Below, piece after piece: positions 61,017 to 64,000 of a stretch of 64,000 nt of DNA. Where the stretch lies: contig CANOBK010000007.1 in the NCBI GenBank assembly GCA_947564265.1, positions 38,529 to 102,528 of the forward strand, written 5' to 3'. Position 1 is the stretch's first letter, and the number at the start of each line of letters is the position of its first letter. A program made the position numbers and the translations under genes. This stretch comes from an uncultured Bacillales bacterium (GTDB lineage: Bacteria > Bacillota_I > Bacilli_A > RF39 > UBA660). A model generated the notes under the pieces. That model saw nothing but the letters and a program-made list of their open reading frames with translations, was not told the origin of the DNA and ran no database searches.

Positions 61017-62903
61017 ATGATAATAATTGAATTAGGTAGTATTCAAGATATTCATGGGAAAGCCGGGAGACTGAATCAGTTATATCATGATTTTCCTATC
61101 GCAAGGGGATTTATTCTTCCTTATGAGAACTTTTTAAAATTTTTAAGTTTCAATCATATTTCTTTACAGGATGATAGAAATACGATAAGAGAACGTATTA
61201 TGAAGGGAATTCTTCCTTTCGAAAAAGAATTATTGGATTATTTTAAAAAGAATAACTATGAGAACGTAATTGTTAGATCTAGTGCTTCTATTGAAGATAG
61301 TGATTCCTATTCTTTTGCTGGGCAATTTGAATCGTATGCTAATACTAAAATCGATTCTTTGATTTCTCATATCAAAAGGTGTTGGGTATCTCAGTTTTCG
61401 GATTCTGTAATGGAATATTTAGTGGAAAATAAAATGATGAAAGAGTTTACTTTTGATGTTTTGATTCAAGAAATGATTGATACCGACATTTCAGGAGTAG
61501 CTTTTTCTATTAATCCTAGTAATGGGTCTAAGGAAGTATTAGCAGAAGTTGCCAATACTCCTTGTGAGGAAGTAGTCAGTGGAACTGTGATACCACATTT
61601 ATATCACATAAGAAATCAAATAGAGGCAGATTCCTTTTTTTCTAAAGATAAACTTTTGATCATTCAAGAAAGTATACAAAGACTAAAAAGAATTTTCAAA
61701 GCAGAAATTGAAATAGAATTCGGCTTTCAAAAGAATCAATTTTATTTATTTCAAGTAAGACCTATTACAAGAATTTATTTTTCGCTAGTAGATTACATAA
61801 ATGCAGAATTTTGGTGCTCATTTAAAAATAATAATTGGACTTTATTTCATAGAAGTCTTTGGATTCTAGGAGCTACAAGGTATAAAGCTAGAAAAATTCA
61901 TAATGAAGTTACAGAAGATATTACCCTTTATTATCCGCATAATCAAAAACAAATGAGAGGATTTAATGGAAATCAACCACCTCTTGATGAAATAACAATT
62001 AAATGTCACACGGATTCGGATATTCATCAATATATTCAAGAATCTTATCAACTTTCAAAAGAAATGAAAGAGTTATCTTCTATGATTTGTCATAATATAA
62101 AAGATAATGATTATCTGAATTTTAAAATAAATTTAAGGAAACTAATTCAGAAAAATGCAATCCTTAATTCTTACGAATACTTAATAGGTTCTTTGGGAAA
62201 TGCGCTACATGATCAATTACATAGAAAGACCATTCAAAATATAGAAAAGTGGCGTAATGATTCTAGTAACAGCTATTTTCCTATTTATGATACTATTTTT
62301 GAATATGTTTTCCATTCCTTTCACTTTACGATTGAATTCAATCTATTTAAAAATTATATCCATGTACAGGAACTACTGAATCTTTGCGATAAAAAATTAA
62401 AGCCTGAGATTTTAATGAAGAGAATTATCAAAAGGAATGAATATGGGTTTGTCCTTTTAAATATTCATGAGAAGAAGTATTGTAATAAAATCATTACAGA
62501 TAAGAAAGTTATTATGACTGTTATGAATCGGTTTCATCAGTTATATGAAGGAATTTTAATGGATAATGATTCTAATAAAATAAAAGGGAAGTCCACTTTT
62601 AAAAATGGAAAAGTAATAGTTGGGGAGTGTATCTTGATAAAGGATAATGATACTGATATTTCGAAGATGGATTTAAAAGATAAAATCTTAGTCTGTGAGG
62701 TTACAACTTCAAAGGATGTTCTGTATCTAAAAAAAGTAAAAGCACTTATTGTTAATAATGGGGGAGTTTTGTGTCATTCGGCTATATTTTCAAGAGAATT
62801 TAAAATTCCTTGCTTAATGGGATGTCAAATTGCAACAGAAGTTTTCCGTACAGGAGATATTCTTTCTTATCATGTAGATGAAGAGTTTGTAGAAAAATTA
62901 TAA
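61017..62903 (+). CDS. PEP-utilising-enzyme family protein: PPDK_N-type ATP-grasp + unknown helical middle + phosphohistidine swivel domain
   Basis: 'VIVRSSASIEDSDSYSFAGQFESY', 'ISGVAFSINP'; C-terminal 'VNNGGVLCHSAIFSREFKIPCLMG'; ATG 1 nt after the HAD stop. Confidence 0.75.
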   Translation: MIIIELGSIQDIHGKAGRLNQLYHDFPIARGFILPYENFLKFLSFNHISLQDDRNTIRERIMKGILPFEKELLDYFKKNNYENVIVRSSASIEDSDSYSFAGQFESYANTKIDSLISHIKRCWVSQFSDSVMEYLVENKMMKEFTFDVLIQEMIDTDISGVAFSINPSNGSKEVLAEVANTPCEEVVSGTVIPHLYHIRNQIEADSFFSKDKLLIIQESIQRLKRIFKAEIEIEFGFQKNQFYLFQVRPITRIYFSLVDYINAEFWCSFKNNNWTLFHRSLWILGATRYKARKIHNEVTEDITLYYPHNQKQMRGFNGNQPPLDEITIKCHTDSDIHQYIQESYQLSKEMKELSSMICHNIKDNDYLNFKINLRKLIQKNAILNSYEYLIGSLGNALHDQLHRKTIQNIEKWRNDSSNSYFPIYDTIFEYVFHSFHFTIEFNLFKNYIHVQELLNLCDKKLKPEILMKRIIKRNEYGFVLLNIHEKKYCNKIITDKKVIMTVMNRFHQLYEGILMDNDSNKIKGKSTFKNGKVIVGECILIKDNDTDISKMDLKDKILVCEVTTSKDVLYLKKVKALIVNNGGVLCHSAIFSREFKIPCLMGCQIATEVFRTGDILSYHVDEEFVEKL

Positions 62904-62986
62904 ATGTATTAAGGAACGAAAAAGGAGGTAATGATAGATTTTGTATCACTATCTCCTTTTTGAATGGATGATAAAATAGTCAGTAT

Positions 62987-63856
62987 TTACTTTAAATACT
63001 GAATAAATGTTTTACTAGCGAATGTTAGAGAAACAGACTTATTTGTTGCCAAATAGATATTGATATTTGGTATTTTTTTATTGATTTCTAATTCTTTTAA
63101 TGTTTTAAAATTTCTTTTTGCTAAATCAATAATTACAAAACCGATTCCTAAGCCAATATTTGTGAATTCAGTAATTAATTCTTGACTAACAACTTCCATA
63201 GTAGGTATTAATTTTACATGATTTTCTAAAGCAATATGATCTAAAAGCTTTCTACTATTCGATTCTTCTTTCTGTAATATCAATGGATACTTATTTAGAT
63301 CTTCAAATTTTCGAATTTCATCTTTATAGAATTCCGGATGATAGATAAATCCTTGCTTTAATTCCTTTATTTTTTCTAAATCTAAATTTGTTTCCTTGAT
63401 ATTACTTTCGTTAAAAATTACAAAATCTAATTTTCCTAGTTTTAAGTCATTGATCAAGTTGCTTGTTAAATCGTTTTTAATGTTGATATGAATCTTTGGA
63501 AATTTGGTGTGAAATTTTTGAATGCTATCTAACAAAATTAATTTTGTTAGGGTGGTGGAACATCCGATTTTTATTTCTCCTTTTGATAAGTCTTTAAATG
63601 ATGTAAATTCATTTTCTGCATTATTTATAAGTTCAAGGGCACCTTTTACGTACTCATAAAACATTTTTCCTTCTTCGGTTAGTTCCATTCCTTTATTACT
63701 TCTTAAAAATAATGTTCCATCTAATTGTTCTTCTAATTTTTTAATCGATTGTGAGATTGCTGGTTGTGAGATGTGTAATTCCTCACTAGCTTTTGTCATA
63801 TGTTTATTTTTTGCTACAACATAAAAAACTTTGTATAATTCTAAATCTATATTCAT
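62987..63856 (-). CDS. LysR-family transcriptional regulator
   Basis: 'LYKVFYVVAKNKHMTKASEELHISQPAISQSIKKLEEQLDGTLFLR'. Confidence 0.9.
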   Translation of the reverse strand: MNIDLELYKVFYVVAKNKHMTKASEELHISQPAISQSIKKLEEQLDGTLFLRSNKGMELTEEGKMFYEYVKGALELINNAENEFTSFKDLSKGEIKIGCSTTLTKLILLDSIQKFHTKFPKIHINIKNDLTSNLINDLKLGKLDFVIFNESNIKETNLDLEKIKELKQGFIYHPEFYKDEIRKFEDLNKYPLILQKEESNSRKLLDHIALENHVKLIPTMEVVSQELITEFTNIGLGIGFVIIDLAKRNFKTLKELEINKKIPNINIYLATNKSVSLTFASKTFIQYLK

Positions 63857-63946
63857 TATAAGTTCTCCTTATCGATATTATAACATAAATATATTTTACT
63901 TATCAATAAACTTAGAATAAAATGAAAGTGAAAGGAAGGAAATAAT

Positions 63947-64000
63947 ATGTTTGAAAATTTAAATATTGTTGTAGGTATTACAGGAGGAATTGCTGCCTAT
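63947..64000 (+). CDS. 5' end (18 codons) of a flavoprotein, CoaBC-like; truncated by the window
   Basis: AAGGAAGG RBS; 'MFENLNIVVGITGGIAAY' matches the CoaBC/flavoprotein N-terminal 'GxTGGIAAYK'. Confidence 0.5.
   Translation, partial: MFENLNIVVGITGGIAAY

Overview
This is a low-GC, densely coding Bacillota-type chromosome segment, mostly on the + strand, with strong AGGAGG-type RBSs. All domain calls come from motifs read by eye; no HMM or BLAST search was possible. No rRNA, tRNA, CRISPR array, integrase or intact IS element was recognised.

Layout:
- **1-7.0 kb:** the tail of a capsule/EPS locus (BY-kinase CpsD-like, PHP phosphatase CpsB-like), then an ABCG-like transporter, rdgB, a ComEC-type MBL protein, a lipase-like hydrolase and an SDR.
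- **7.1-22.6 kb:** the most striking region. It is a same-strand locus built only from structural surface modules. These are 5-6 cohesin-like domains, 3 dockerin-like duplications, 17 cadherin-like beta-sandwich repeats, at least 12 Big_2 domains, three membrane anchors and an embedded class-B sortase. No glycoside hydrolase, CBM or SLH module is present.
- **22.7-34.7 kb:** an XRE-TM regulator with three small exported proteins, a MATE/cytidylate-kinase-like fusion plus an HD nucleotidase, and a two-component system with ABC-2 modules.
- **34.7-38.9 kb:** an operon made of an unknown 408-aa protein, an SDR and three tandem paralogues of an unrecognised family.
- **39.0-51.0 kb:** an unusual concentration of DNA-base and nucleotide-pool enzymes. 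It holds three different UDG-superfamily genes, two extra Ham1/ITPase-like genes, two NUDIX genes, an ASCH protein and a possible thymidine-hypermodification-family protein. It also contains a WYL-regulator/SIS-like/Ham1-like module, a MacB-type ABC transporter and gene-decay scars.
- **51.8-64 kb:** miscellaneous accessory genes (VanY-like peptidase, HIT, GNATs, HAD, paralogous membrane proteins, a degenerate transposase-like gene), a HAD plus PEP-utilising-enzyme pair, LysR, and the start of a CoaBC-like gene.
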